A stretch of DNA of 64,000 nucleotides, from NCBI RefSeq assembly GCF_009914755.1, contig NC_060948.1. The stretch is one strand, 5' to 3'. The DNA comes from the human T2T-CHM13v2.0 reference genome, Homo sapiens. The stretch's first letter is position 1, and each line of letters begins with the position of its first letter. The notes below the pieces were generated by a model, which was not told where the DNA came from, did not search any database, and saw only the letters and a program-made list of their open reading frames with translations. Below, piece by piece: positions 40,836-54,063 of the stretch. Both the position numbers and the translations under genes were made by a program.

Positions 40836-41139
40836 CTGTTTTTTAGAGCAGGTTTTAGTTCACAGCTAGGTTGATGGAGAAGTACAAAGAATTCCTATAC
40901 ACCCACTGCTCCTACACATGCACAGTCTTTCCCACTGTCAACATCTTTCATCAAGGTGGTACATTTGCTACAATTGATAAACCTTCCCCAAAAAGTCTTT
41001 ATTGCCAAAGTCTATCGTTTACATTAAATTTCACTCTTGGTGGTGTGTATATGTTTTTACTTTCTTTAGGTTGTGTATAGTTATCTAAGAGTTTCATATT
41101 CCAAAGTTTTAAGGACACGAGAAGCTTAGTATGATAATT

Positions 41140-41818
41140 ATTTTATTTGACATGGAGTATTACCCTGTTGCTCATGCTGGAGTGCAGTGGCCTGATCCAA
41201 GGCTGCCAACTTCACCTCCTGGGTTCAAGCGATTCTCCCACCTCAGCCTCCGAAGTATCTGGCATGACAGGTGCTTGCCCAAGAACCTGGCTAATTTTTG
41301 TATTTCTAGTAGAGGCGGGGTTTCACTGTGTTGGCCAGGTTTGTCTCCAACTCCATATCTCAAGTGATCCATTTGCCTTGGCCTCCAAAATGCTGGGAAT
41401 ACAGATGTGAGCCACAATGCGTAGCCTTAGTACAGTTTTTGAATTCAAATTTTAAATGTGCTGAGTTTCTTCATACACAACCAAATTTTACTTATCAGCC
41501 TTATGAATGTATTTATTTACATACTTATTTTTTAGAAGTAGGGTCTCTCTCTGTCACCAAGTCTGGAGGGCATTGGCATAATCTCAGCTTACTGAAACAT
41601 CTGCCCCTCCTGGGTTCAAGCAATTATGCTACTGCAACCTTTCAAGCAGCTGGGATTACTGGCACACACCACCACATTCTGCTAATTTTTTTTTTTTTTG
41701 ATAGAGTCTGGGTTACTCTTGGTGGGCAGTGTTGTTTTCAATCCGGAGCTCATGTCATCTCCCCTCTTAGGCTGCCCAAGTGCTGTAATTACAACTGTGA
41801 GACACTGTGCCTTGTCTG
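41140..41818 (-). mobile_element. Two diverged Alus (~41140-41427 and ~41525-41818)
   Basis: gctggagtgcagtgg, gggttcaagcgattctcc, tcctgggttcaagcaatt. Confidence 0.85.
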
Positions 41819-42432
41819 GAATTCTTTTTTGATATATCTTTCTCTAACTTTCTAATAATTATATACTTCTACTTATCGTGTACTTAGCAATTGTAAAATT
41901 CTTATAACAGGAATTAATCCCACTCAAACAACTAAATGGTTTCTGCTAACATAAAATAACAATGTAAAATATTTTCTTTAAAGGAAATCCAGTTGAAAAC
42001 ATATTCATGTTCTTAGAGTAGACATAATTATTGATATATACTGTAGCAGAAATATGTATAAATGCTTGCCCAAAATATCTGTTTAACAGAATTTTAAGTG
42101 CACTTTAGTCATGATTGTAAGGACAGTGAAAATTTAGTTTATTTACATTTTTAAATACTACTTTTAAAAAGTTGTAATTGAATAACATTTGATGTAAAAC
42201 ACTTAGAGATTAATTACATGATCAAGAAAGAAATTTTATTATTTTAACTCAAACTTTTTGTAATTTATCTAATAGTGTAAGAAAGAGCTTGTATTTTGCT
42301 TTGTTAGCATAGTTGTAATCTTATCTTTTCTGAAGGAATTTTCTTAATCTCTTATTCATAAATATATTATAACGTATCATTTAAACATTGCTATAAAACT
42401 GTGTCTAATTAGTAACATTTTATTTTCTTAAG

Positions 42433-42500
42433 GTATTTAATATGCAGGATTGATTGCACTCTATAAAATTCACCCTACTCCCAGTTTCTAGAAATCACTG
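42433..42500 (+). pseudogene. OFD1: OFD1-like exon 4
   Basis: VFNMQD*..PTPSF*KSL versus [23 protein letters not shown]; ag/gtaag. Confidence 0.85.
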
Positions 42501-42587
42501 GTAAGATTACTTAGTTTATATAATCTACTTCGGTTTGTTAATTATAACTGAATAGCTTTATAAAGGTAAACTATTTCCTTTTAACAG

Positions 42588-42618
42588 GTCTCAGGATCTG
42601 ATAAAGAAAACCAAAAAT
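42588..42618 (+). pseudogene. OFD1: OFD1-like exon 5
   Basis: VSGSDKENQK identical to recalled OFD1; donor gt mutated to at. Confidence 0.85.
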
Positions 42619-43104
42619 ATAGGAGCCTACATATTTGTAAACTATAGCAAGGTTTTTCTATGTACTTTTCCTTATAAAGTAATAAAGCTAATTTTGAGGG
42701 AGAAGAGTAAGAAATTTAATTAGATTTAAATTACATGTTTTTCCTTGCTGACCATATCTTACTTTTTAAACAATAGTTCACCTGTTCTGCAGGTCATTAT
42801 TCCCATGTTTTCATTTTTGTAATAACTTTCAGATAGTCAAATAAGAAAACTTCAGACGGTATCAAGGGCCCTACAGACACACTGAAAGATACTGTTTGTA
42901 AAAATATCCACTATTGGGAACACTTCTTAAAAAAAAACAAAAAACAAACCAAAAAAAACTTCAAAAATCTGACTTTTAGGCCAAGTGTCTTTGTATACTA
43001 GGTATGCCTCTCAAGTACAATTGATAGAGTATTAACTGTATTAATATGTCATTAAAGAAGAAAATATGTGTTCAGTAATGTGTAATATAACTTCTGTTAT
43101 ATAT

Positions 43105-43292
43105 AAGCACCATCCACTGTAACTCTTTGTGATGGCGGAAATGTCTTTATCTATACTGTTTAATGTGGTAGCTGCTAGTCTCATGCGACTATTGAGCAAT
43201 TGAACAGTAGCTAGTGTAACTGAATAATTCAATTTTTAATTTATATTTAATTAGCTCCATGTGCTTATTGACTATCACAATGAACAGCATAA
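43105..43292. mobile_element. MER3-like hAT-Charlie element
   Basis: tgtgatggcggaaatgtc..gtggtagc..ctattgagca.ttgaa..gctagtgtaactga. Confidence 0.7.
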
Positions 43293-43367
43293 TTCAAAGG
43301 TATATAGTTAGTAGCTATTGCTTAATTTTTACTTCAAAAGAAAAGGAGATATTACAGAACAATCTAT

Positions 43368-43760
43368 GGGGCAGGAAAAGTGCCTCATGCAGGACTTTGG
43401 GAGGCTGAAGCAGGAGGAACACTGAAGGCCTGGAGTTAGAAATCAGCATGGCCAACACAGTGAAACCCCATCTCTACTACAAATTCAAAAATTTGCGAGG
43501 TGTGGTGGCAAGTGCCTTTTATCCCAGCTATGCTAGAGGCTGAGGCAAGATAATCACTTGAACCTGGGAGGGGATATTTGCAGTGAGCTGAGATCATGTG
43601 ACTGCACTCCAGCCTGGGTGACCTAGCTAGGTGCCATTTTACTCCCCACCAAGGAAATAAAGAGAGAGAGAGAGAGAGGGAGGGAGGGAGGGAGGAAGGA
43701 AGGAAGGAAGGAAGGAAGGAAGGAAGGAAGGAAGGAAGGAAGGAAGGAAGGAAGGAAGGA
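43368..43760 (+). mobile_element. Alu followed by a (GA)n(GGGA)n(GGAA)n repeat (43660-43760)
   Basis: ctttgggaggctgaagcaggagg...ctgcactccagcctgggtgac. Confidence 0.88.
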
Positions 43761-43806
43761 GAAACTGTGGTAACACTTCTCACACTTCTCATGCTGTGGC
43801 ACCAAC

Positions 43807-44307
43807 TTTGGGGGTCTGTCCCTTGCAGACCCCTGAACCCGCAACGGATGAATAAAGTACACTGAAACATAAATATTCTGCTTTGCCAGTCCAGCTGAAG
43901 CTGAGTGTCTGAGCCACTTACAGACTCCAGTAGAGTTTTGTAAACAGTGGCAACAGTGGCCCTGACCAGCAAGTGAAACTCACACTTATCAGTAAAGATT
44001 AATTGACAAAGACTTGAGTCAACATCACTGGGGCAACACTGACATTGCGGACTTCCCTAAGCACTTAAGCACCCAGGGTACCTCAAAGGTTAGTCTTCAG
44101 ACCACATGAGTAAACAAGCTAGCTGCATAACCTCCCCACATTCCTTTGTCAGTACTTTAATTTATTTAACTAAAGGTAAAGAAAGTCACCTTCAACCGTA
44201 TCTATTACTGAGGTTATGCAAAGTCTCTGGCCTTCCAAGATGGTTTGTGGCTATTACTATAATTATCTTTAATATTTTTCCCCCCAGACTGACTGAGCCC
44301 CCTAACA
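43807..44307 (-). mobile_element. LTR22-like (HERV-K22/HML-5) LTR
   Basis: Minus strand starts TGTTAGGGGGCTCAGTCAG..GGGAAAAATATTAAAGATAATTATAG and ends GGGACAGACCCCC followed by PBS-like TTGGTGCC. Confidence 0.75.
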
Positions 44308-44849
44308 GGAAAGAATCTATACATTTACTATATTACATTATCTTTAGAAATAGTCTTTCTATCTTTACAGAGTCTCTTTACATCCATCTCATTCAGAAAG
44401 ATATCTGGGTGACAACCCTTACCAGCTTTACCTAGCATCCCAGTAAAATTTCTGGAAGTCAGAAAAATGATGAGTAGTGCTAGTCATCCTAGTGGCAAAA
44501 TTTGGATAGAACCCTTAGCTAACAATAAAATAACTTCTGGTAAATTAAAATCATTTTAAAAAGCAATGGCTTCTAATTAAACAACAGAAAACTTATAGGA
44601 AGATATATTGTACTGAACTGTCTTCTGCCCCCTGAGTCAGAGACCTGTGATCTTATCCTATTTTAGTATATCTACACTCAGGAGATGCTAAGCTGTAGAT
44701 ACTAACAGTACTTTCCTCCTAGACTCTAGTCACCCGTTCTTCCCCCTCTTAATATTTCGTTTGACAGCCAAAGATACACAGACAATGATATGCACAAATT
44801 TTGGATGAAGAAAGAAAATTTGGACACTGACACTTTGCTTTCTGAAAGT

Positions 44850-46360
44850 TAAAATCCTTATCTATAATTGGCAAAAGAATAGACACATACATCAATGGGA
44901 ACAGATATAGAGAATCCAGAAATAGATTCACACAAATATTGTCAATTAATTTTTTTTAACAATGGTTCAAAGGCAATTCAATAGAGGAAAGATAGTCTTT
45001 TGAATATGTGGCTCTGAAATAATTGAATATTCATGTGCATGGAAATGAACCATAAATCTAAATGTAAATTGCAAAACTATAAAATTTCCAAATAAAAACA
45101 AGAGAAAGTCTATGTGATCCTAAGTTTCATGATGTGATATAACACCAAAAGCAAGATACATAAAAGAAAAAAATTGAGTTAGACTTAATTGAAATTAAAA
45201 CATCTCTGTGGAAGACACTGTTAAGAGAATGAAAAGACCTACTGTCAAACCCATAAAGTTTTACATCACCAAGAATAAACATTAGTGTTTGCAAATGTTG
45301 GTCTGCTGATCCCTGGATAGAATGCAGACTGTGTCAAAACAATCTAACTGTAATCCACTCACTGAAGAGGATGGGGATGGGGATGAGGTGCTGAGCGACT
45401 AATGTTTTTAGTTTCAAGAAACTAAAAATTTCAAAAATAATTTACGCTTCTCGTTTAAAGCAAAGTTTCAGATTATTTGGAAGGATATAAAGTGAAAGCA
45501 AACTAGCAATTTGTGCCCATGTTTTCTAATCTGACTCTCAACTGATAACTACAATTTTAATAATTTTGTTTCTTGGTTATTTTTGCAGAATTGATGGAGT
45601 TTAAAACTCTATGTATTTCTAATTAAAACACACAATCAAATAAAATTATATTATAGATCCTTTTGGCAATTTGCTTTTTCTATCAACCAATATATCTATC
45701 TGTAGCAGTATATTGAGACTCATTATTTTTAAAGTAAATATTTAACCCCCTATTAATGGAGATTGAGTTGTCTTATTGTATGCTTTTTTCCAATAGAGGC
45801 AACCAGTATGCAGTGTGCACGCTCTGTGTGCTTGTAAAAGTACAGCTGTGTGAATTCATGGAATTGGAATGAATAGATTACTGCATTTTGAATATATGTA
45901 AGCACTGACACATTCCTCTCCCAAGTGAATGAGCACAGCTATACTTCCACTCCATTCCCAACATTAGCATTATCAAAAGTTTAATCTTAATGGTGTTATA
46001 GGGAAAATAATGGTTTCTTCGCTTTATTAATTTGCATTTATGATTTTGTTCATGTTTATTCAACATCTGATAATCTTGGTTATCTTTGTTTGACATTTTA
46101 TTTTTTCTACAATCTGTCCATTTTTTTCACATTTTTCAGTTTTGTTTTCTTTTCTTTTAACTGATTTGTAAGAGCTCTTTAACGATATTACAATGTTGTA
46201 ACTTTAGTCCTGCTTATGCCTCCATATTACTGCAACTAATTTTTGAGTGTATGTTTTTCTATTTTATGCCACATGTAAATTTTTAAATTTTATGTAGTGA
46301 GATTGATGAATATTTCTCCTTATTGTTTCCAGGTTTTGTATCATGCTTGGGAAGGACTTC
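44850..46360. mobile_element. Old L1M fragments (+ ~44850-45240; - ~45640-46360)
   Basis: catcaatgggaacagatatagagaatccagaaatag, aagacactgttaagagaatgaaaagac; tttgtaagagctcttt. Confidence 0.65.
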
Positions 46361-46835
46361 TTGAAGATTTATTCTTAAAAGCTATTACCAGACAAAGCTG
46401 CTCATTCTTGTGATCCCAGCCCAGGCAGGAGGATCACTTGAAGCCATGAGTTTGAGATCAGCTGAGGCAGGCAACATAGGAAGACCCTGTCTCCACAAAA
46501 TAAATGAATGAATAAATAAATAAATAAATAATCTGCGTGTGGTGGATGTTGGTAAATGCCTGAGTATTTTCAACACATAGAAAAGTTGAAACAATTCTAG
46601 TCAACACTTACATACCTACCACCTAAATTTCACTATTACATTTGTATTATATATACTTCATCATTTTTATCTGTCCATCTATTCATCTATCTTACTTTTT
46701 TTTTATATTTCAAAGTAAATTGATGACACGTATGCTTTCCCCTAACTATACTCTTTACTTTTGAACCAGAAATCTGACCTCTTACACACCTGATCATGCT
46801 TCTGTGTCCTAATTTTATGTGTTACTTTTTAATAG

Positions 46836-46972
46836 CTGACAACCTTCAGCTTATTGATGATCAACTGACAGTTGCTTACCCTTAGAATACAAAGTTTGAG
46901 TCTTTAGAAACAAAGCTAAATGAATATAAGAGAGAAATAGAAAAGCAACTTCTGGCAGAAATGTGTCAAAAG
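46836..46972 (+). pseudogene. OFD1: OFD1-like exon 7
   Basis: [42 protein letters not shown]; ag/gt intact. Confidence 0.93.
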
Positions 46973-47295
46973 GTAATCTGTATCATGTTGCAGTTAACAA
47001 GAGTCATGTTTTTGTCATCTAAAGACTTAATCTTAGGTATATTAAAAAATACTTGGAACTTTTATTAAAAAATGGAGTACTTCAGTGTTGTGCAAATCAA
47101 TTTTTTCTGATGAGATTTGTTTATGCCTTTGGATTGAATTCTACAAATACAGTAAATGATATAAAACTATAGATTAAATAAATATAACGTATTTGGACAG
47201 AACATTAATGTAGAGCCTAGCTGTAGAGAGAGAATCTGTTACTGTTCTTATAGTATAACGATTGGAGCTTTTATTTTTTTGTAATAAATTTGCAG

Positions 47296-47436
47296 TTGAA
47301 TTTTTCATGGAAGTGATAAGAGTATGAGACAGAATTAGCTATGTTCTGAAGTTTTGAGAAAGCTTGTCAAGCAGAATCTGAAGCCTTCATTCCTTGAGAA
47401 AAGAGTATCCTTGAGAGAAATCAAAAGCACCAAGAA
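47296..47436 (+). pseudogene. OFD1: OFD1-like exon 8 with an internal deletion
   Basis: FEKACQAESEAFIP*EKSILERNQKHQE versus [37 protein letters not shown] segment absent. Confidence 0.9.
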
Positions 47437-49376
47437 GTTGTATTTAGAAAAAAATTTACTGAATGGCTATTTTCTACAGCTATTACTGGATTGACTCAAG
47501 ATCCAGGAATGAGATGTTTCAAATGATGGAACAAGGCCCCTGAAGAGCAGTAGGGACATTGGCGAAGAGTGCAAAAAAAAAGAATGATGGGCCTTGAGAA
47601 GGCTACACCAATTTGTGTCCTTTGAGGCTGGTGGAGAGACAAGAATTGAAGAGGTGACCAGTCAAGTTGGAATTATGAGAAACATAATTCCGCTCACTCT
47701 AAAATTTTCTATAGCATTTCTGGAAATAGTGGTTGCTTCAGCTATAAAGATGCTTCATCTTCTCAGGCAAATTAAGGAGACAGATCAAGGGTTTCAGGAG
47801 CAACTTGGAGGTGCAGAGTAGCTCTTATGGATAAGGTAAGAACAGCTTTTTAAAGGAGAGTGCACCGATTACCTGTACTGATGGCCCAGCTGTGGTTAGG
47901 GTAACCAGGAATTGAGAGAGACAAAACCACATGTTTGTAGGTGAGTTTTCTGTTCTACCTCTGGGAAGGAATTTTAAGGGTCTCTCTCTGCTGCCCCTTT
48001 CAGTGAGGGTGGAAAGATGGAGATACGCGGGAAGTGGAGCTTTGCAGAGCATACTTCATTTTCCTTGAGAAATGCAGCCTATTTAATTGGAGATTCTGTG
48101 GTTCTCCTGTGTAGTGAAGGTAAGCAGAGAAGATGGCAAGTGGCTGGTAACCTAGGGGAAAAGGGAGGTTTGGGCGGCAGTCTCAGTGATCAAGAACTAG
48201 ATCTGGAGAGATTGGCAGGTGGAAGAATAAAGATCATCCAGGAGTGCAGATTTGCAGAGTGAGGTATCAGGTGGAGACTGGAAATCAAAGGCAGTGGGCT
48301 GACATTGGATGGAGACATGAAAATGCGCAAGAGTAAAGATCCCTGGGGTGAGGGAGTCACCAGGGCCCCAAGGGTCATCCATGTGGCCATTTGATCTCAT
48401 CACTGGGAAAGTAACTGCAAAGGAGATTAAGATGATGAGGAGTGGCAGGGAGTTTATGTTGGCTGCTCCTTTAAGATATCTTATTCCTTTTCCAAGTGTG
48501 TGTCTTAGACGTGACGGTATTTACAGCAGTATTTCAAACATACATCTAAAACAGCTGCTGCTAGATGTTAAAAGTAGAAAAGATTCCCCCTAGTGCCCAC
48601 ACTTGCTTGAAGCTTCTCAATGAGACATAGTTGTTTAATGCTAAGGGCACCCACTCTAAAATTTTCTATAGCATTTCTGGGAATAAGGCTTTCTTCAGCT
48701 ATAAAATTGAATATTGGATGCATAGATATTTGAGGTGATTACATTGTATTTAGACTAATAACTTCATCTTCAAGATAGGTGACTGACTAGAATTCTGTTT
48801 ATTCAAATTAGAGTATCTGAAGCCTTTGAGGAAGATTCTCATTCTCATAAAACCCAACATGACTGTGTTTCCTCACCTGGAATGTCAATCTCCTCCTCTC
48901 CTTGATAAAACCATAGTGTCATTCAAGGCCCAGCTTGGATGTCACTGTTGTGATGCCTTCTCTGACTCCCACTGAGCAGCTCATTTATGGCTCATTCCTA
49001 CATGCAGTCATTATTACCTCAGTTATAAAATTATCCTATCTTAGTTTGATTGTTTCTCCCTGACTATACTGTGAGGTCTTCAGAGAGGAGGACTGTATCT
49101 GTCTACATTTTTATATCCATTCCCAGTATGCTGCTTGATATATGATACATAGTTAATAAATTTCTGCTCTGTGAAGACATAAGTGGAAGGTTGGCTTATT
49201 CATTTACTGGTTCATATGAGCTTGCTAACTCTGAGTCACAATGACTCATGAACTAAAACATTCAGAAAGCACCATCACAAAAAATGATGGGGATTTTATT
49301 ATTTTGGAGTTTTATTTCTAAATGTACATTTTATTTATTTTTTTCCCTGAAGAACTTACCAGATTTTAGTTAAGGG

Positions 49377-50527
49377 GACCAGGTATGGTGGCTCATACCT
49401 GTAGTTTTAGCACTTTGAGGGGCTGAGATGGTGATCTCATTTGAGCCCAGCGGTACACCACCAGCCTGGGCAGTATGGCAAAACACCATCACTACAAAAA
49501 AATTAGCTGAACTTGGTGGTGTGTGTTTTTAGTCTCAGCTACCTAGAAAGCTGAGATGGGAGGATCCCTTGAGTCTGGGAGGCAGAGTTTGCAGTTATCC
49601 GAAATCACAACACTGGATCCAAACCTGGGCAACAGAGCAGAACCCAGTCTCCCCAAAAAATTACACAAGGGACTGAAATATGTTAATTAAATAGCATAAA
49701 TTACACAAGGGGTGTTAAAATATATGGAAATGTAGTTTAACAGAAATTGAGAGACTAAATATTTATGAAGCTGGAATAGATAGTTGAGGAATACATTGAA
49801 GTGGATTTTTTTTCTTTTTTTTTTGAGATGCAGTTTTAATCTTTTGCCCAGGCTGGAGTGCAATGGCACTACCGTGGCCACTGCAACATCTGCCTCCCAG
49901 TTTCAAGTGATTGTCCTGTTTCAGCCTCCCAAGTAGCTAGGATTAGAGGTGCCCACCACTGTATCCAGTTAATTTTTGTAATTTTTGTAGAAATGTGGTT
50001 TCACGATATTGGCCAGGCTAGTCTCAAGTTTTGACCTCAGGTGATCGGCCTGTTTTAGCCTCCCAAAGGGCTAGGATTACAGGAGTGAATCACCGTGCCC
50101 AGCTGAGTTGGAATAATTTGAAGGTAAACTTGTTATTCTCAATTTCTGTATATTGGTTTTTGGAATTTAGGAAGCACTATATTTATTTAAATTTGTTATG
50201 TTTTCATTAACTTGCTGCCTAAAACTTAATGCCTTTTTTTTTTTTTTTTTGAGACAGATCTTGCTCTGCCACCCAGTGGAATGCAGTGGCATAATCTTGG
50301 CTCACTGCAAATTCTGCCTGTCAAGTTCAAGCAATTCCCTTCCTCAACCTCTTGAGTAGCTGGGATTATAGGCATCTGCCACAACACCCAGCTAAGTTTT
50401 GTATTTTTAGTAGAGATGGAGTTTTACCATCTTGGCCAGGCTAATCTTAAACTCCTGATGTCATGACCTACCTGCCTCAGCCTCCCAAAATGCTGAGATT
50501 ACAAGCGTGAGCCACCAGAGCCAGCCA
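49377..50527. mobile_element. Cluster of three Alus (+ 49377-49660; - 49807-50105; - 50234-50526)
   Basis: Alu motifs in each; the last has TSD aaaa(c)ttaatgc. Confidence 0.9.
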
Positions 50528-50546
50528 AAATTAATGCTTTTTACAG

Positions 50547-50652
50547 ATTGAAACAAGAAAATTCATGCTCAAAGCCTTCTTTTACTAAAAGATATAGATT
50601 TGCTAAGAGAAGGAAAAGCAGAGCTGAAGCAGACAGTTGAAGATTTTGGATT
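50547..50652 (+). pseudogene. OFD1: OFD1-like exon 9
   Basis: IET..IHAQSLLLLKDIDLLR..AELKQTVEDF versus [36 protein letters not shown]. Confidence 0.9.
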
Positions 50653-51688
50653 GCCTGTATGCATGATTATTTTAGACATTCAGAATGATGAGATTAAAAA
50701 GAATTACTAAATATATATCTAAATGTTCTAATGTTTATTGCCAGGTGGAGTTGTTTTTTATAAAGGTGATATCACACAGCATTAGAAGTTACACATTAAG
50801 AGAAACAAACACTAGGGCTGTGCTTTTGAAATATTGAACATTAAGATGAAAGGCAGAATGAGATGCTATCACCAGGCTACAGTAACATCAAACAGAAAAT
50901 TTGGAGAAGCTGTTAATACTTGAACAGGTCATATGTTTTTAAAGTTAACTTCAGTCCTCCTGGTTTGATAGTTTTGTGTGTTTATGTATTGGAACTGGAT
51001 TTCAAATATCTAGGCCTGTGGCTTTTACCAGTTCTGTGCTCAAAAAAAGGAAGTATTGTGGTTTGACTTGACTTGTACTGGATGAAAGTGTTTCTCAGTG
51101 CTATTCAGTTTTTCTACGTGCTCACAGATGTTTCATCCATATGTTACCTGGGATTGACAGCAAGGTCACCTGTCTATAGTTTGCACAAGAAGTCTTTTCC
51201 ATGGGGAATGTGCCGTTAATTGACACCCATAGATACTTTAGGAATTTTTGCTCATTAAAGAATTTGTCTCCATTTTATTTAATGTTGTTTTCTCACTTCT
51301 ATAGGTTTGATTTTTTTTATTTCAGCTAGCTGTGTACCTTACTCTCATTTTGGCAATAATGAAAAGGTAAATTAATCCAGAGAGAGAGAAAAAAAAAAAG
51401 AGAAACAACATTTAAGCGGAGAGAGTGTGTCACTTTTTTCACCCTCAATTTCTCTACTTCTTTTCCATTCTTTCAGCATATGTACTAAATTCAATGTAGT
51501 TTACCTCTTCATGGCTTTCCAGATAACCAGCAGAGGGAGCTAATACCTGGAGTCTTTAACCGTTCTTAGACTAGTCAGTGTTGTGCAGTACTTCTTAGGA
51601 TGGCTGGATCTCATCACCTGTGAATCCACCTCCCTGGCTAGGGAATTGGTACAATTGGTGATTTGAAGTCTCACTATGAAGATCATTT

Positions 51689-51827
51689 TATTCTTAAGCG
51701 CTTGAAAGCCCTGAATGACCCATATCTTTTGCCCTCTCTTTGGGAACTTGATGAGTATTCTTAAGCACTTGAAAGCCCTGAATGACCCATATCTTTTGCC
51801 CTCTCTTTGGGAACTAGATGAGTATTC
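51689..51827. repeat. 67-bp tandem duplication
   Basis: tattcttaagc.cttgaaagccctgaatgacccatatcttttgccctctctttgggaact.gatgag twice, then tattc. Confidence 0.95.
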
Positions 51828-51894
51828 AATCAATAGTTTTTTTTGTTTTGTTTTTTTTTTTTTTGGTAAGTTGGTGGTGGTGGTGCTGTTTTGG

Positions 51895-52425
51895 TTTTAA
51901 GAGACAAGGTCTTGCTATGTTGTCCAGGCTGGTCTGATACTCTTGGACTCAAGTGATTCTCTTGCCTCAGCATTCTGCAAAGCTAGGATTATAGTTGAAA
52001 ACTGGATACACCAAACTTGGCTAAAGCTGATAGAATATTAAGCAAGAAAAAAGAATTGTACCTTAAATATCCATGAGATTATTAATTAAATTCCAGACTT
52101 ACAAACAGCATTATAAAAGATTCAAATACATAAGTACACTTTTTTTTTGAGATGGAGATTTGGTATTGTTGCTGAGTGCAATGGTGCAATCTCACCTCAC
52201 TGTGAATTCTGCCTCCCGAGTTCAAGCGATTCTCCTTCCTCAGCCTCTTGAGTAGCTGGGATTACAGGTGTGTGACAACATGCCTGGCTAATGTTGTACT
52301 TTTAGTAAAAATGGGGTTTCACCATGTTGTCCAGGCTGTTCTTACACTCCTATTATTAGGTGATCCACCTGCCTTGGCCTCCCAAAGTGCTGGGATTACA
52401 GGCATGAGCCACAGCTCCCAGCCAT
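51895..52425 (-). mobile_element. FLAM/Alu monomer (~51895-52022) and Alu (~52140-52424)
   Basis: gagacaaggtcttgctatgttgtccaggctggtc; cccaaagtgctgggattacaggcatgagcc. Confidence 0.85.
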
Positions 52426-52820
52426 AAGTGTGCTTTTATTACTTTGTAGCTAATATCATTCTTTCATCCCAGAATTGATTCGGACCATTTATCACCTTTA
52501 ACTATTGTTAAGTGTTAATTGTCTTCTATGAGAAACCACTTCTTCATTGACACTCTTCCACTCCCCTCAGTAAGAGACCCTCCCACTCTTCTCAGTCATG
52601 TGTCACAGGCCCCTGCTTCTGCTAGTTTCAACACATTGTAACTAGGTCAGTTCATAAAATACACTGAGGATTTCTGGCTCTTTTCTTCTACTTCTCAGTA
52701 GTAATTGTCATGTAGCAGTTTTAGTTGGTTGAACTAAAAACATGTCACGTGATATTCTTCCTAAATTTGTTAACTCAGCTTTTATAGTTTATTTACTTTA
52801 TGTTTTTTTACTAATTTCAA

Positions 52821-52939
52821 AACCCAGAAACTCCAGGAAGAAAAACATAAAAGCATGACTGAGGACTTAGGAGATGGGAGCACAATACAAAGTGTCTTGA
52901 GGAGAACGATGACTGAAAGCTGAAGAACAAACTTCTAAA
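52821..52939 (+). pseudogene. OFD1: OFD1-like exon 10
   Basis: QKLQEEKHKSMTEDL..EENDD*KLKNKLL versus QKLQEEKHKSITEAL..EETYDRKLKNELL. Confidence 0.9.
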
Positions 52940-54063
52940 GTAATTGCTTGGCACGTTTGAAGAAGTAATACGTTTAAATTACTTTGGTAGAAACATAACA
53001 AAAACTATGGAAGTATTCTCTGATGAACATCTTATGCAAACTTTAATGTTTGAAAAAATACATATGTTTATCAATAGCCAATACTTTCCTGCATTTGAGT
53101 TAGGGTTGTTTTTAAAAGATAAGGTATAGAAAAGCACTTCCTCTGTTCTTCTTACTCATGGCTTCTTGAACATTTATTGAGGGCTGTGATTTGCTTTAAA
53201 TTTCATGGTACATCGTGACTTGCTCAGGTTGCATAGTTGATAAGCTGTAAAGTTTGAATTATAATCGCTTTTCCTCTACCCCACTCATACTGCCACAATG
53301 ATGGGGATATCTAACAATGTATAAATTATACTTAGTGGTCTGATTGTTTGTCAGTGAACATGTGCCTTGTATTCCTTGATGATTCTGCAAAGCCAGAATC
53401 AAAAGAAAAGAGCTAAAATTAACTAAGTAATTGATATAGGGAAAGGAAAACATGCACAAGTATGGTTACTTTGGCTTTACTTTGACCTTGTGTATCAGTG
53501 AGTAACACCTCAGTGCTAAGACACTATGTCCATGTGGTAAATTTTCAGTGCATTCAAAAGCATCTTACACATAAAAAATGCTCAGTTAATATTTGCTGTT
53601 AATGTGTTAGGAGGAAATGACTCAACTCAGGTGTTCTGGGCATTTTATTGGCCTCTTTTTATTGCCTTCCTCATAATTTATCATGGATATTCCATTACAC
53701 AGAGCTTGCAAAGGTTTCTTGAGGTTATTCTATTAAAAAAATTATGTTTTTTAAAAATAGAACACTTCTTTCATAGATTCTGAATTCCCAATATATTCTC
53801 AATATATTTTGATAAATCTGTAGTTGTCAAGAAGTTGGCCACAGCTTATTGCCTCTGGTACATATTACTCTTAGCCATGAGAAACTTTATTTTTTACATA
53901 TGAAAATGATGTATTTTACCCAATTTTTTGTCAGTTTCTATATTAAAATAGCTAACATGAAGTTTCTGTAGTTACTGAATTTTTAGGAATACATGTATTA
54001 AAGTATGTTTGTTAATTTTATATAGTTATGGAGCTGGTGAACTATTTGGTATCATTGTGACAG

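Noticed and set aside
41328-41855. 175-aa ORF
   Set aside because: Read-through of two antisense Alus
43436-43972. 178-aa ORF
   Set aside because: Composed of LTR, (CCTT)n repeat and Alu sequence
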